DNA from: a virus
Strand: one strand, 5' to 3'
Length of the DNA: 64,000 nucleotides
Virus record (IMG/VR): IMGVR_UViG_3300028822_000274
Span: 39,714-103,713 of that record
Shown in pieces: positions 10,402 through 20,618 of this stretch. A program made the position numbers and the translations under genes. The notes below the pieces were generated by a model. It was not told the origin of the DNA. It saw nothing but the letters and a program-made list of their open reading frames with translations, and searched no databases. The stretch's first letter is position 1. Each line of letters opens with the position of its first letter.

Positions 10402-10749
10402 ATGGGACCTGTTGCAGCTACCTTTGCGATAAAACAAAATGCCAGGCGACCATATTTGAGGATGCTCGTCAAAGACCAAGATGGTAATCCGTTTGACTTT
10501 TCTGGCGCATCTGGCGTTACTTTTTTGATGTACGACGGTGAAGGAAACGAGATTGTATCCGCTCCGGCTTCTATTGAGGCTCCTCCTTCTTCCGGGGTCC
10601 TGAGGTATGCTTGGGCTGATGGAGATACGGAAGAAGCTGGTGAGTTTCGAGCGGAATTTGATGTCTCTTACGGAGCTGATGACGTTATGACAGTTCCGGT
10701 TAAAGGGAACATCCTTATTAGGATTTTTGGAGGTGTGAACGATGCCTAG
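10402..10749 (+). CDS. BppU-like baseplate upper/adaptor domain protein
   Basis: FAIKQN.RRP.L...D.DG.P.D..GA; G.LRY.W..GDT..AG.F.AEF pattern. Confidence 0.7.
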   Translation: MGPVAATFAIKQNARRPYLRMLVKDQDGNPFDFSGASGVTFLMYDGEGNEIVSAPASIEAPPSSGVLRYAWADGDTEEAGEFRAEFDVSYGADDVMTVPVKGNILIRIFGGVNDA

Positions 10750-13153
10750 TGTTTCTTTGGTTGTTAATGTTGCAGGTGAATCAGAAGGTGTTCCAGGCCA
10801 ATCAAGAACGTTTCCTTACTCAAAAATATCCGGTGCTGGGGCCTTAGTTACTGTGTCTCTGTCAGATAATACGGGCATCACGAGCTACTTTTGGGAGATC
10901 GTAGATAAACCGCCCGGTTCAACTGCTGTATTGAGTGATGCCACTGCATCAGCCCCGACTTTTACAGCAACACATGCAGAGCCTGGAACGTATCTCATAC
11001 GGTGTACTGTTAACGGTGGTCAGTCTTTTGGTACTATCGGTGTAGCCTTTACGACTGATACATTGGCTCTAAGGAAAATCGCAGCAGGGGAAACCACTGA
11101 GTTCGATGCACAAAAGGGTTGGTCAGTAGCGATAAATGATATTATAGAGGCAGCTGAGAGTTTTGGTTCGGGTGCCGTCTCAGGTGTTATTCGTTCTGAT
11201 GGTTCGGTGGCATTTGAGGGGGATCAGAGCTTAGGCGGCAATAAGTTGACAGATTTGGCTGCTGGGACAGAAGATAATGATGCTGCCACGTATGCCCAGG
11301 TAGTTGCTGCATCATTGTCTGGCAGTTCTTTGTACGGCTTCCCAAATTTTAAGGAAGATTCTACTCTATCTTTTGAGCCTATTTTTTCTGAATGGCAGTT
11401 TACCATTTCTCCAGTAGATACGACTTTTGATGTTTGGGTTGGGACAAAATTCAGTCTCACAGAACAAACGTTATTGATTTCTGGTGATTCTGGGTATCAT
11501 TGGATATATTTCAACTCTGATGGGATTCTTACTGAAGTTGTAAACCCAGACGAGGTTACAAAAAGAACTTTATACAGAGAAACTGCGCTTGTTGCTATCA
11601 TTTATTGGATTTCGCCAGGAACATGGATCTCCATGTCTGACGAGCGTCATGGTACGCTCATGGATGGTGCAAGTCGATATAATTTACACACAACGATAAG
11701 CCCAAAATACATGTCTGGTTTTGATCTTGGAGATTTTTTGCCTGATGAAGATGGATCTGTAATTGCACATGCCCAATTTTCTGTTTCTTCAGGTTCTTTT
11801 TCAGATGAAGACCTAATACATGATCTTGAAGAGCAAAGCAGTACAGCTGCTTGGTTTACTTATTTTAAAAATGGGGCTGGTGTGTGGGAAAGACACATTA
11901 ATCCGGACGTAAAAAAATGTGCATCAGCAATAAAATACTTTTCTCTCGGAGAGGCATTCCTAAGCCATTACAATTTAAATTCAGAAGGCACATGGAGCTT
12001 AGAGCCTATTCCAAACGAAAAGTATTTCATGGTTCATGTTTTTGCGACTAGCGACCCAGATAGACCTTTTATATCTGTAGTTGCCAGGTCATACCATAGT
12101 ATTTTATCGAAGGCGTTTTCGTCTGCCAGGGATGACATAATTGATATTTTGGCTGACCTTCCATTTCCAGAATGTATACCGATTGCGTCTGTGTGTTATC
12201 GTTCCTATAGAGGCGATACATTTGTTGTATCACTTAATTCAGATGGTGTTACTACGCATATAGATTGGAGAGAAGACACACACGAAGGAAATGTGATATT
12301 AAAAGATGGGGTAAACGTTGGGCCTCGATTTCCTGGGGACTCACTGAAACTGAGCCAGTATTCTTCTGATAGTTTGCTGGATAGGGCATTTATTATAAAT
12401 GGTATTTCTGTTGGAGATAGTATATCCGAACCTTCTATAACATTTACGATAGATGATGATTTTTGGGCTTCTATCGAGGTTTATGGTATATCAGGTGAAC
12501 TTGGATACTATAATAATATTCGGTTTCTTATACCGGATTATTTTGGTGGTGAAACAATTAATATAGCTAACTTCGGTGAGCGGCAAACAATTTTAGGTTG
12601 CGGTGGCAGTGATCATGAGCTTATCATAGATGGAGATGATTACTCTGAGCTTGGTTTTTATTCCGATGGGGACTACAGGTGTATGTTTGAATATTCACTT
12701 GGTACAGATGCACTAACAGTTAGTGGTATAGGACTTGGCGGAGGGGATAACTACCTGTGGATTACGCCTGGTTCGTTTTATATCTCTAATGCTGGTTATT
12801 ACGACGGATGTGTAGGAATACAGACTAGTGAGCAATATGACGAAACAGGTACTTACGTAGTAGATTCTTTTGAACCTTATAGAGATGCGGGCGGCTGTGA
12901 GTGGTTGTATGTTGCAGCAAATGATTCTGGGGCATCAGAAATTGTAAGAACAGGTAGAATCCATGTTGCATATAACATGGCTGATTCTTTGCTGGATGTA
13001 AATGAAGTTGTAGGGTCCGAAATAGGTACTTCAACAGACATAACTTTTGATGTAGCTATAAACGGAAGCTCAGTAGAGCTGAAGGCGACAAATTCGCTTG
13101 GATCCTGGAGGATCACTACCTATCTACTGAACATGGATAGCAGTCACGGCTAG
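10742..13153 (+). CDS. Tail fibre/spike-like protein with N-terminal PKD/Ig-like domain
   Basis: YFWEIVDKPPGS.A.LS..T...PTF...GTY..R PKD-type motif; GGNKLTDLAAGT..NDAAT fibre motif. Confidence 0.65.
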   Translation: MPSVSLVVNVAGESEGVPGQSRTFPYSKISGAGALVTVSLSDNTGITSYFWEIVDKPPGSTAVLSDATASAPTFTATHAEPGTYLIRCTVNGGQSFGTIGVAFTTDTLALRKIAAGETTEFDAQKGWSVAINDIIEAAESFGSGAVSGVIRSDGSVAFEGDQSLGGNKLTDLAAGTEDNDAATYAQVVAASLSGSSLYGFPNFKEDSTLSFEPIFSEWQFTISPVDTTFDVWVGTKFSLTEQTLLISGDSGYHWIYFNSDGILTEVVNPDEVTKRTLYRETALVAIIYWISPGTWISMSDERHGTLMDGASRYNLHTTISPKYMSGFDLGDFLPDEDGSVIAHAQFSVSSGSFSDEDLIHDLEEQSSTAAWFTYFKNGAGVWERHINPDVKKCASAIKYFSLGEAFLSHYNLNSEGTWSLEPIPNEKYFMVHVFATSDPDRPFISVVARSYHSILSKAFSSARDDIIDILADLPFPECIPIASVCYRSYRGDTFVVSLNSDGVTTHIDWREDTHEGNVILKDGVNVGPRFPGDSLKLSQYSSDSLLDRAFIINGISVGDSISEPSITFTIDDDFWASIEVYGISGELGYYNNIRFLIPDYFGGETINIANFGERQTILGCGGSDHELIIDGDDYSELGFYSDGDYRCMFEYSLGTDALTVSGIGLGGGDNYLWITPGSFYISNAGYYDGCVGIQTSEQYDETGTYVVDSFEPYRDAGGCEWLYVAANDSGASEIVRTGRIHVAYNMADSLLDVNEVVGSEIGTSTDITFDVAINGSSVELKATNSLGSWRITTYLLNMDSSHG

Positions 13154-13162
13154 GAGGGACAT

Positions 13163-13486
13163 ATGGCTAGAAGCAAAATATTTGAGGTTGATGACTATAC
13201 TTCTTCCTTTGGTGTAAGTAAAGAAGGTTTGAAGAGCGTTGTCAGCTCTAGTGCTTCAGGAAAATTTAGCAAAAAGAAAAAAGTGAAAAAGACCACCCCA
13301 AAAGAAACAGTCATACCTACGCGCGAAATGATCGAAGAGGTGGTTTCTTTGCTAGCTAAAGGGTGGACCCCCGAAAAGATAAGAAATACGATAGTTGATT
13401 CTGAAGGGAAAAAAATGAGTTCGGCTCAGGTAAAGGCGATTTATGATCTTGTTCGTGAGCACTTGAAAGAGACGGGTGCGCAATGA
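13163..13486 (+). CDS. Basic hypothetical protein, possible HTH
   Basis: GGAGG RBS; Lys-rich linker then LLAKGWTPEKIR helix pattern. Confidence 0.55.
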   Translation: MARSKIFEVDDYTSSFGVSKEGLKSVVSSSASGKFSKKKKVKKTTPKETVIPTREMIEEVVSLLAKGWTPEKIRNTIVDSEGKKMSSAQVKAIYDLVREHLKETGAQ

Positions 13487-13887
13487 GAATCAGGAACCCA
13501 CTTAATCCGGCAAGGGCTCAGGTACTTGCAGAAGCGGCGTTTGTTAAAATAGTCCCCACCCAAGTTGTTTGTACAGACAACTCTACTGAGGATATTGTTT
13601 TGGCTACTGCTTCTAGTGTTCGTGGATGTACTCTAGAATATTCATTCTTACTTCCTATAAGCGGAAAAATTCAAACTGGTACGTTGGACGTCATACATGA
13701 TGGTGCTACAGCGACGATAATCTCGAATTTATATAACTACGATGAATCTGTTGGTGAATTTCCTGGGTTGACATTTTCTGCTTCTATAGTCGGGGATGGT
13801 TTGGTTTTGTCTTTAACTATGGCAGCCATTGGCGAGGATCCACTTTTTTCTTACAAGAAGATCGATTGGCCAGCAAGCGAACTTTAA
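13483..13887 (+). CDS. Hypothetical virion-associated protein
   Basis: ATGA overlap; beta-rich, resembles the C-terminal domain of 10742..13153. Confidence 0.55.
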   Translation: MRIRNPLNPARAQVLAEAAFVKIVPTQVVCTDNSTEDIVLATASSVRGCTLEYSFLLPISGKIQTGTLDVIHDGATATIISNLYNYDESVGEFPGLTFSASIVGDGLVLSLTMAAIGEDPLFSYKKIDWPASEL

Positions 13888-13953
13888 AATATAAGTTTGG
13901 TTGCAGCTATAAAAGTTTGGTACCATAGACAACAACAAAGGAGACACGGCATC

Positions 13954-14409
13954 ATGAAGAATTTTGAAGTACTGAAACTGACTCAATTTTTGAATGCCAA
14001 AGAAGCGCAAGATCTTGTCTTGTCTATAAAGGCAAACATTGCCCTACAAAAAAATATTCCTGTTTTGCGTGAAGAATTACGTGTTATGGGCGAAGTTGAA
14101 AAGAAGGTATTGGCAAAGTCGGATAGATTTTCTGAATTTGAGAAGATAAAAAAGAAGCTTGAATCGGATTTTGAGGGGGAGGAAGATTTAGGAAAAAAGA
14201 ACAACTTGCAGCGTCAGTTTAATGATGTCGTCTCAGAATATGAGGATGAAATCGTTGAACAAAACAAAAAAATAAACGAGTGGAAGAATTTTTTGGAGGA
14301 GCCTTCTTCACTTGATTTGATGAAGATTTCTCTTTCAGATATAAAAAACGAGTCGATGAGCAAAGCTGGGTTCGAGGCCTTATCCCTTCTCATCGAAGAA
14401 GATGAGTAA
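13954..14409 (+). CDS. Coiled-coil protein, possible tail-fibre chaperone
   Basis: AGGAG RBS before ATG 13954 (track start 13897 is an upstream TTG); E/K-rich helical. Confidence 0.55.
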   Translation: MKNFEVLKLTQFLNAKEAQDLVLSIKANIALQKNIPVLREELRVMGEVEKKVLAKSDRFSEFEKIKKKLESDFEGEEDLGKKNNLQRQFNDVVSEYEDEIVEQNKKINEWKNFLEEPSSLDLMKISLSDIKNESMSKAGFEALSLLIEEDE

Positions 14410-14477
14410 CCGGCTTTTCTTGTTTTTATGCTCAATATGTTTGTGACTATTGGGTTGCTACGTGATAGGATTTTGAC

Positions 14478-15746
14478 ATGCCTGGAGTAGGAGTAAAACC
14501 TTATGGCGTTTCTGGGAGCATAGGACCTTCGTCTGCTTCGTCTTCTCCTACGTCATTGGGTCCATTTGGTTTCGATGTGAAGGCAAAAAGCGTTGGTAAT
14601 GCTCTGACGATTTCTCTGGGTATTCCTGAGTTGACTGCATCTCCTGACTGGAACAGGCAGCTCAAGATCCTTCGAAAAATCGGAGAGTATCCACAGGCTC
14701 ACAACGATCCTGATGCGGAAGTATTTTTGGTGAAGTCTTACGCTGCAATAGGTGGTGTGTCAGAGACTTATGATGACGCGGTTCTCCTTCCGGGACAGAT
14801 TTACTATTACGCGATTTTCGCTCAGACATTGACCGGCTCGTGGGTTCACGATTGGCGCCTGGATCGAGCTGCGGCTTATCCGTATGGTCGTTGGGGTTGC
14901 GCTGATTATTTGTTTGGCTCATTGCCTTTTGGCTGGCAGAAAGCGGATTCTGATGGCTCTGGCCATCTTGAGGATTTTATCACAATCTTTGGGGCCCTTT
15001 GTGATAACATCAAGACTGACGCGGAGCATCTTCGAAGCCTTTTCGACACCACGAATATCCATACTGAGTTGATAGAGTACCTCGACGACAAAATTGCGTG
15101 GCCGACGTGGTACTCGGCAGGCGGATTGAAGCGCAGAAAAGACACAGAAAGAGCTGTAGACCTCTACAAGCTTATCGGTCGTGAGGATGCCTACGTCCAG
15201 CTTTTGGAGTCTGTTTCAGATTGGGACGCTGAAATAACTGAGGGCTGGCGATTCGTCATGTTCTCAAACAACAAATTTAGCTCTACGACTCCTGACACCT
15301 CGGATCCTGACCTCTTGCCGAATGTTGGACTGACGACAGATCTCCTGAAATATACGAACGACGACGGTTCTTGGCACAGTCTTTCTGGTCTGTTGTTTTT
15401 GATGTCTGAAATAGCAGGTGTTTCTGGCCCGTTTACTTTGGCAATGGTCAGCAGGTACCATGAGCTGATAGAGCTGGCTAAAGCGACTTATGCCAATTAT
15501 CAGCTTGTGCTCATTCCTAGCAGCGAAGAACTATTTGACTTGGCATCGAGGGTGGCAGATGAGTGGGGTGTTGGCTTTGATACGATTATCAGGCACTCTT
15601 TTGTTGACTCCGCTCTGGAAACAGATCTTGGTGCTACGACATCGAGTGTAAGCTTGTTCGAATCGTGGGGTCCTGCTGTGGCTTATACGAGCCTGTCGAG
15701 CAACATTGATTATAGGACCTATCATTCGGCGCTAGCCTACACGTGA
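14478..15746 (+). CDS. Phage tail/baseplate protein (P2 gpI-like C-terminal region)
   Basis: LFGSLP..W...D....LEDF..IFG...D.IK; YL..KIAW; RAVDLYKLIGRE..Y..LLE.VSDW..EI.EGW. Confidence 0.7.
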   Translation: MPGVGVKPYGVSGSIGPSSASSSPTSLGPFGFDVKAKSVGNALTISLGIPELTASPDWNRQLKILRKIGEYPQAHNDPDAEVFLVKSYAAIGGVSETYDDAVLLPGQIYYYAIFAQTLTGSWVHDWRLDRAAAYPYGRWGCADYLFGSLPFGWQKADSDGSGHLEDFITIFGALCDNIKTDAEHLRSLFDTTNIHTELIEYLDDKIAWPTWYSAGGLKRRKDTERAVDLYKLIGREDAYVQLLESVSDWDAEITEGWRFVMFSNNKFSSTTPDTSDPDLLPNVGLTTDLLKYTNDDGSWHSLSGLLFLMSEIAGVSGPFTLAMVSRYHELIELAKATYANYQLVLIPSSEELFDLASRVADEWGVGFDTIIRHSFVDSALETDLGATTSSVSLFESWGPAVAYTSLSSNIDYRTYHSALAYT

Positions 15747-15753
15747 GGTATTT

Positions 15754-16320
15754 ATGAAGTCTTTGACAGAAAAATTTGGGTCCGTTGAGGGACCGAGAAT
15801 TGTCGGGCGTTGGTTTGACAAAATCAAGTATTCGGATGGGACTGTTGAGCTTGGTCAGCACGGTGAGTTCGAATGGGGGTGGAATCAGATTCAGAATTCC
15901 TTCGCTACTCTGCTCGCCGCTTGGTGCCGTGCCGAAGCTGGTTATGGCAGAATCAGCTATCTTGCCGTTGGTGCTGGCCAGGCTTCGTGGGATGTGACTC
16001 CACCAACACAGCCGTACGCAGAAACGACGTTGAACAACGAGACGTTCCGGAAAACCATCGATCAGGCGAACATCGTATTCATTGACCCTGTGACGAATGC
16101 CTCGACTGGGGGCACACCAAGCTCAAAGCTTGAGATTACCACAACCCTTCTCGCTGCCGAGGCGAATGGTACACTGAGGGAATTTGGAATGTTTGGCGGA
16201 ACAGCTACTGGAGTCACTGATTCCGGTGAAATGGTAAACTGGATTGTTCATGCTAGAATTGATAAAGATTCGAGTATGGAAATAGAAAGAAAAATCCGAC
16301 TGGAATTCGTGACTGTATAG
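15754..16320 (+). CDS. Tail-collar / baseplate-fibre attachment protein
   Basis: N.I.NS...LLA, YLAVGAG, L.NE.FRK, EANGTLREFGMFGG motifs. Confidence 0.7.
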   Translation: MKSLTEKFGSVEGPRIVGRWFDKIKYSDGTVELGQHGEFEWGWNQIQNSFATLLAAWCRAEAGYGRISYLAVGAGQASWDVTPPTQPYAETTLNNETFRKTIDQANIVFIDPVTNASTGGTPSSKLEITTTLLAAEANGTLREFGMFGGTATGVTDSGEMVNWIVHARIDKDSSMEIERKIRLEFVTV

Positions 16321-16329
16321 GAGTTAAAA

Positions 16330-18561
16330 ATGGCTGGAGTTACACCAAACGTAAGTAGAGATAGTTTCGATTTCTCAAAGGCGTATGAAAAATTGAGCCT
16401 TCAGCAAGGCGTTCCGATCATGGATAGTGACTGGAACGAGGCTCTGGACAATATCTGGATTCGCGGTGTGCATATGCTGAACCATCTGTTCATCGGGAAT
16501 TGCCGCTTTCCTATCGTCGAGCCTGACGGAACGGAAACTTCTGGGTCTGGTTTTCGTGTCGAGGAGTCAACGACAGATAATACGAACAACTTTACGATTT
16601 CGGCTGGATATGCTTGTTGCTATGGTGTTGTTGTTGGTTCAACGCAGACCATGCCTCCGGCTGATATTGAATACGAAGACCAGGAGATGTTCTCAGGTAC
16701 AATTAGTGTTGTCTCTGGGTCAGACATCGTAGATGATGACAAGGCATTTTCAGCAGATCACGATCTTGTGGGCTGCCGAGTAAAGATGACTTCTGGTGCT
16801 GCATCAGGAGCCATAAGACCAATATCAGCTCGTGTCAGTGGGACCAGGATAACTATATCTTCTGTAGTCGGTGTCTCGTCTGGTGATACGTATGTCATTA
16901 TTCCCCCAGAATTGACGACTCCTCCATTGAGCAACAGGGATGACGATGTTTATCTTCAGGTCTATTTTGAAGATATGAATGAGGATGAGGATTCGGCGAT
17001 CAACCATCCTGGAACTGGGATCGAATCTGTCCATAAAACGAAGATCAGATCAGTAGTTAGGGTAGCTGAAGATTCGAGTTATTCTAATTCGACAGCAACA
17101 GGCGCTCTTGCCAGTTATGCTGTCAGGACCATGAAGATCGCTACCCTGAGAAGACTGGTCTCTGATACTCGTATCCAGACGTCGATGATTGATGAGGAGG
17201 ACAATTTAAAACGAGGCCTTGGTGTTCTTGACGCAGAAGATATTCCGTTTGGCCTGAGTAACTTCACGGGTCTGGGATATGATATTGGTACTGGCGGTGC
17301 GAATGTCCAAGATGCCGTAGATGGTGTAATTACTTCATTGAGTGACGACAGTGATCCTGCTTTGGGTGCTGGGTTGATCGGTATAGGTGATGTTTCAGGA
17401 GCTCCTAATAGCTTGAGCGCCGGTACTCTGTATGACGCCATGGGCGAGCTCCTTGAGCATGTGAACCATAGATTAAACCAAATACATCCGACCAGTTCCA
17501 TATCAGAACCCCTCCTTATATGGAGATCACATAACAAGACGGCAGATTCACATGTTGACTCTGACACAACATCAGTTTATCTACTAAATACCCCAACAGG
17601 TCTGGGTGGAGATTGTATAGCATTTTGTCATGGGTGTTATTTAGACGGAGCGCTGGCCTACCCAGCAAATGATTCGCCTGTGACAGCCTCCATTTTTATG
17701 TGGGGGGCAAACGGTTCTAAACATACGAGCAAAGAGCTTCCACTGGCTAGTTGGAGCTGGGATACTGACGCAGACTGGGATGCGATAGAAGAGTATGCCA
17801 GGCCTTTGACAATTTTATCGGGCAGATCTATCGGTTTGTCGGGTCAAAAGGGTTCTGTCACTTTGGGCCTCAATTCTATTACAGACGGAGCAGACCACGA
17901 TGGGGAAGCATATATAAGTGGCTATATGCCTACCCCCGTTGTAAACCCGTTAAAATTTTTCACGGCATACGACCCAGATTATTGCGGGCCACACATATAC
18001 TACACGTCAGAGGGTCTCTGGATAACGTCTAATGCTCACTGGAGCAGTATAACAAACGAGTGGTACCCAAATGATGATACTGAAGATGCCAATGCGGTGT
18101 TAATCGCAACATATGGCGTTATATTCTACCACAAATCGAGTTCAACACCGGGTTACTCAAGCGGCTGGCCGCTTGATACCTGGGACGCGGCACAAAGAAT
18201 TGGTCAAGTCGTCGGCGCAGAAGCAGCAAGCGCAGGGACAAATTACATTTATGGTGGTATCACATCTACAGGAAACATTTACGAGAGGAGCTACTATAGC
18301 CTCTTCTTTTCATTTAGATTTTCTTCAATAACAGACACGATTTCATTGATGGGTATGGAACAAGCGAATAACTTCAAAACAAGATGGTCTACGCCTCCGG
18401 CAAGTTATTCTATGATTGAATCTTCCAGTAATCTTAAAGACACCTGTACGGTGTCTGAAGTAGGTAATTGGGGTTTTGAAATTGATATGAACGTCGTAAA
18501 TGTAACAGCCAACGTTTACAATGCGGCGTACGTTAGGGGTGAAGTTGAATTTTACAACTAA
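16330..18561 (+). CDS. DUF6519-like tail fibre/baseplate protein
   Basis: N-terminal SRDSFD..K.Y....LQQGVP.MDSDWNE; R.DDVYL.V..E......D.AI motifs typical of DUF6519. Confidence 0.7.
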   Translation: MAGVTPNVSRDSFDFSKAYEKLSLQQGVPIMDSDWNEALDNIWIRGVHMLNHLFIGNCRFPIVEPDGTETSGSGFRVEESTTDNTNNFTISAGYACCYGVVVGSTQTMPPADIEYEDQEMFSGTISVVSGSDIVDDDKAFSADHDLVGCRVKMTSGAASGAIRPISARVSGTRITISSVVGVSSGDTYVIIPPELTTPPLSNRDDDVYLQVYFEDMNEDEDSAINHPGTGIESVHKTKIRSVVRVAEDSSYSNSTATGALASYAVRTMKIATLRRLVSDTRIQTSMIDEEDNLKRGLGVLDAEDIPFGLSNFTGLGYDIGTGGANVQDAVDGVITSLSDDSDPALGAGLIGIGDVSGAPNSLSAGTLYDAMGELLEHVNHRLNQIHPTSSISEPLLIWRSHNKTADSHVDSDTTSVYLLNTPTGLGGDCIAFCHGCYLDGALAYPANDSPVTASIFMWGANGSKHTSKELPLASWSWDTDADWDAIEEYARPLTILSGRSIGLSGQKGSVTLGLNSITDGADHDGEAYISGYMPTPVVNPLKFFTAYDPDYCGPHIYYTSEGLWITSNAHWSSITNEWYPNDDTEDANAVLIATYGVIFYHKSSSTPGYSSGWPLDTWDAAQRIGQVVGAEAASAGTNYIYGGITSTGNIYERSYYSLFFSFRFSSITDTISLMGMEQANNFKTRWSTPPASYSMIESSSNLKDTCTVSEVGNWGFEIDMNVVNVTANVYNAAYVRGEVEFYN

Positions 18562-18570
18562 GGAGCGATT

Positions 18571-19077
18571 ATGAGTGTGGTAGAAGCAACCAAGCAGTGT
18601 ATAAAGTCGGTTTGTCCTTGCGGGGCTTTGTCAAAAATTGAATATTCTGAAGTGCTTGTAGCACGGGCCTCAGTTCAGTTTCCTGTTTGTGAGGAATGCA
18701 AAAAGCGTGTCAATGGCGTGCTGGCAAATCCGTACGACGACTCCTGGGCAAACTTAAGCCGCGAAGAAGTTCGAAGGCAAGTAATAGGGCAGGTAGTGCA
18801 TAAATGGGCGTTAGAAAGCGGAGTTGCTAAGCTAAAAAAAGAGGATTCAGTAGAAGATCTGATGCAAGTCGCTGCTCTAGAAGGGAGACACGAGTTCGTA
18901 TCTGACGACAAAGAAATATACACAGCGGAGATTCAACCAACAAAAAAGGAAAGACGAAGAATCTACCTAGAGACTGGCAAACCAGTTGAGGATCCTTCTG
19001 TGCAAAAACCTAATAAGGAGCTTACAGAGTACAAAAAGAAGGTTATAGAGATCGCATCAGAAGGAAGCACCGATTGA
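18571..19077 (+). CDS. Hypothetical Zn-binding protein
   Basis: CPCG...CEEC; AGGAG RBS. Confidence 0.6.
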   Translation: MSVVEATKQCIKSVCPCGALSKIEYSEVLVARASVQFPVCEECKKRVNGVLANPYDDSWANLSREEVRRQVIGQVVHKWALESGVAKLKKEDSVEDLMQVAALEGRHEFVSDDKEIYTAEIQPTKKERRRIYLETGKPVEDPSVQKPNKELTEYKKKVIEIASEGSTD

Positions 19078-19200
19078 TCTCTTCGAGGAAATTTCAAAAA
19101 ATCAGAAAACCATATATAACATGTAAAAGGTGGATCAATGGTTGGTCTGTCTTTAACCTGTTGCGCCGGGGAATAAACGGCGCGGAAGGAGGTAGTCGAG

Positions 19201-20106
19201 ATGGGTAGAGATATTCGAAAACTCGACTTGCTGGCGATTTCTGCCAGTAAAAAAGCTGTGGATCTACTTCATGGGTACTTGAAGGGGATTCGCGAGGACA
19301 TCGTTTCGTCGCTGAGTGGTGGACTGAGGAACTTCCATGTTATTCCGAGAGCGCTCATCACGACTGCCGACGCCACGGATTTGGCGAGTGGTCAGACTTT
19401 GGCGAATGCGATCAAAGCTGACATGAACACGCACTTTGCGTCGACTGATGAGCACCCTTTGGCCTCTGGTCAAACGATTGCTGCTGCAGATGCATCAGAT
19501 CAGGCGTCGATGAACACTTTGATGAACGAAATCAAGGGGGACCTGAACACGCACCTTACCGAGGCTGGCGTGCACATGGTTTCTGACCTGTTCAACACCG
19601 TGACTGCAGCTAACGCAAGCGACGAGGCGACTTCGGTCACTCTCGTGAACCAGGTGAAGGCTCTGTACAACGTTCACATCGCGTCTTCTATCGCTTCGCT
19701 GGTCGCCCATAAAGGAACAGTGGGGAATCAGAATGTTGTGGCGGCTGACGCATCCGACCTCGGAACTGTGGTCACTCTGGCGAATGACCTGAAAGGTGTT
19801 GTCAACCTGCACCTGGCTTCGTACGGTTTCCAGGGATCTCACGTTGCTGCTTCTGCTGAGACCGTTGCTGCTGCAGATGCATCAGATCAGGCGACAGCGA
19901 ACACGTTGCTGAACGAAATCAAGGCCGATTTCAACACTCACCTCCTGGAGTCGGGTGTTCACATTTCGTCTGATTTCAAGAGCATCATCTCTACTGCGGA
20001 TGCTTCTGACCTTGCGTCAAGCGTCACCCTGGCGAATGCTCTCAAGTCGACGTTCACGTTACACATTGCCAACGCCATGACCGCAGGTTTCATCGCGGAC
20101 ATGTAA
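19201..20106 (+). CDS. His-containing helical repeat protein (6 repeats)
   Basis: Six AxDASDxAxxxTLxNxxKxxxNxH units; AAGGAGG RBS. Confidence 0.75.
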   Translation: MGRDIRKLDLLAISASKKAVDLLHGYLKGIREDIVSSLSGGLRNFHVIPRALITTADATDLASGQTLANAIKADMNTHFASTDEHPLASGQTIAAADASDQASMNTLMNEIKGDLNTHLTEAGVHMVSDLFNTVTAANASDEATSVTLVNQVKALYNVHIASSIASLVAHKGTVGNQNVVAADASDLGTVVTLANDLKGVVNLHLASYGFQGSHVAASAETVAAADASDQATANTLLNEIKADFNTHLLESGVHISSDFKSIISTADASDLASSVTLANALKSTFTLHIANAMTAGFIADM

Positions 20107-20161
20107 GATTTGATTGGTGCTGAAGGTATTACCGGGCATCTGAAAAGAGAAAGGAACTACA

Positions 20162-20542
20162 ATGGCTAGTTTGAAAATTGGTTATGACATGTTTGCCGGA
20201 TCCTCACAGGCCGGTACCGATTCTGGTGTTCCTGGTGTTATCCAGGTGGAAACTGCCAAGGCTGAGCCGTACAAATGTCGGATCCAAGAGCTGGACACGA
20301 ATGAGTACTACGACGCCGTCACCCGCACTTTCCAGGGTGGTGCGACGACTCCGTCTGAGGAGTTGACGATCCCTGGGTCGGACGAGGCGAACCCGCAGGC
20401 TTTGCGTCGCATTGCTTTCCGGATTCCTGAGGAAGCTCAGGCCGGGATCGGTGCTGCCGGTGCGACTTTCACCATTTATGCGGCAACGACTGATGCGGTT
20501 GATTCGGGACAAGAGTCCCTGACGATCACATTCCAGCCGTAA
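20162..20542 (+). CDS. Hypothetical protein (paralog of 21965..22381)
   Basis: Shared G.D.F.GSSQAGT.S.VP.VIQVETA...Y.CRIQ...N.YY.A.TR..Q. Confidence 0.7.
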   Translation: MASLKIGYDMFAGSSQAGTDSGVPGVIQVETAKAEPYKCRIQELDTNEYYDAVTRTFQGGATTPSEELTIPGSDEANPQALRRIAFRIPEEAQAGIGAAGATFTIYAATTDAVDSGQESLTITFQP

Positions 20543-20571
20543 TAGGTTGACAACAGGAAATGTTTTTACTC

Positions 20572-20608
20572 GACGCCCATCTTAAAAACAGGTGGGCGTC
20601 TTTTTTTT
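20572..20608 (+). terminator. Rho-independent terminator
   Basis: GACGCCCATCT-loop-AGGTGGGCGTC stem followed by T8. Confidence 0.8.
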
Positions 20609-20618
20609 GGAGGTACAT

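Noticed and set aside
3220-18561. Diversity-generating retroelement or invertible tail-fibre cassette
   Set aside because: No reverse transcriptase, invertase or near-identical TR/VR pair seen; repeats are diverged protein-level duplications
20547-20575. TTGACA at 20547 as a promoter
   Set aside because: No acceptable -10 at 16-18 bp, and it runs straight into a terminator
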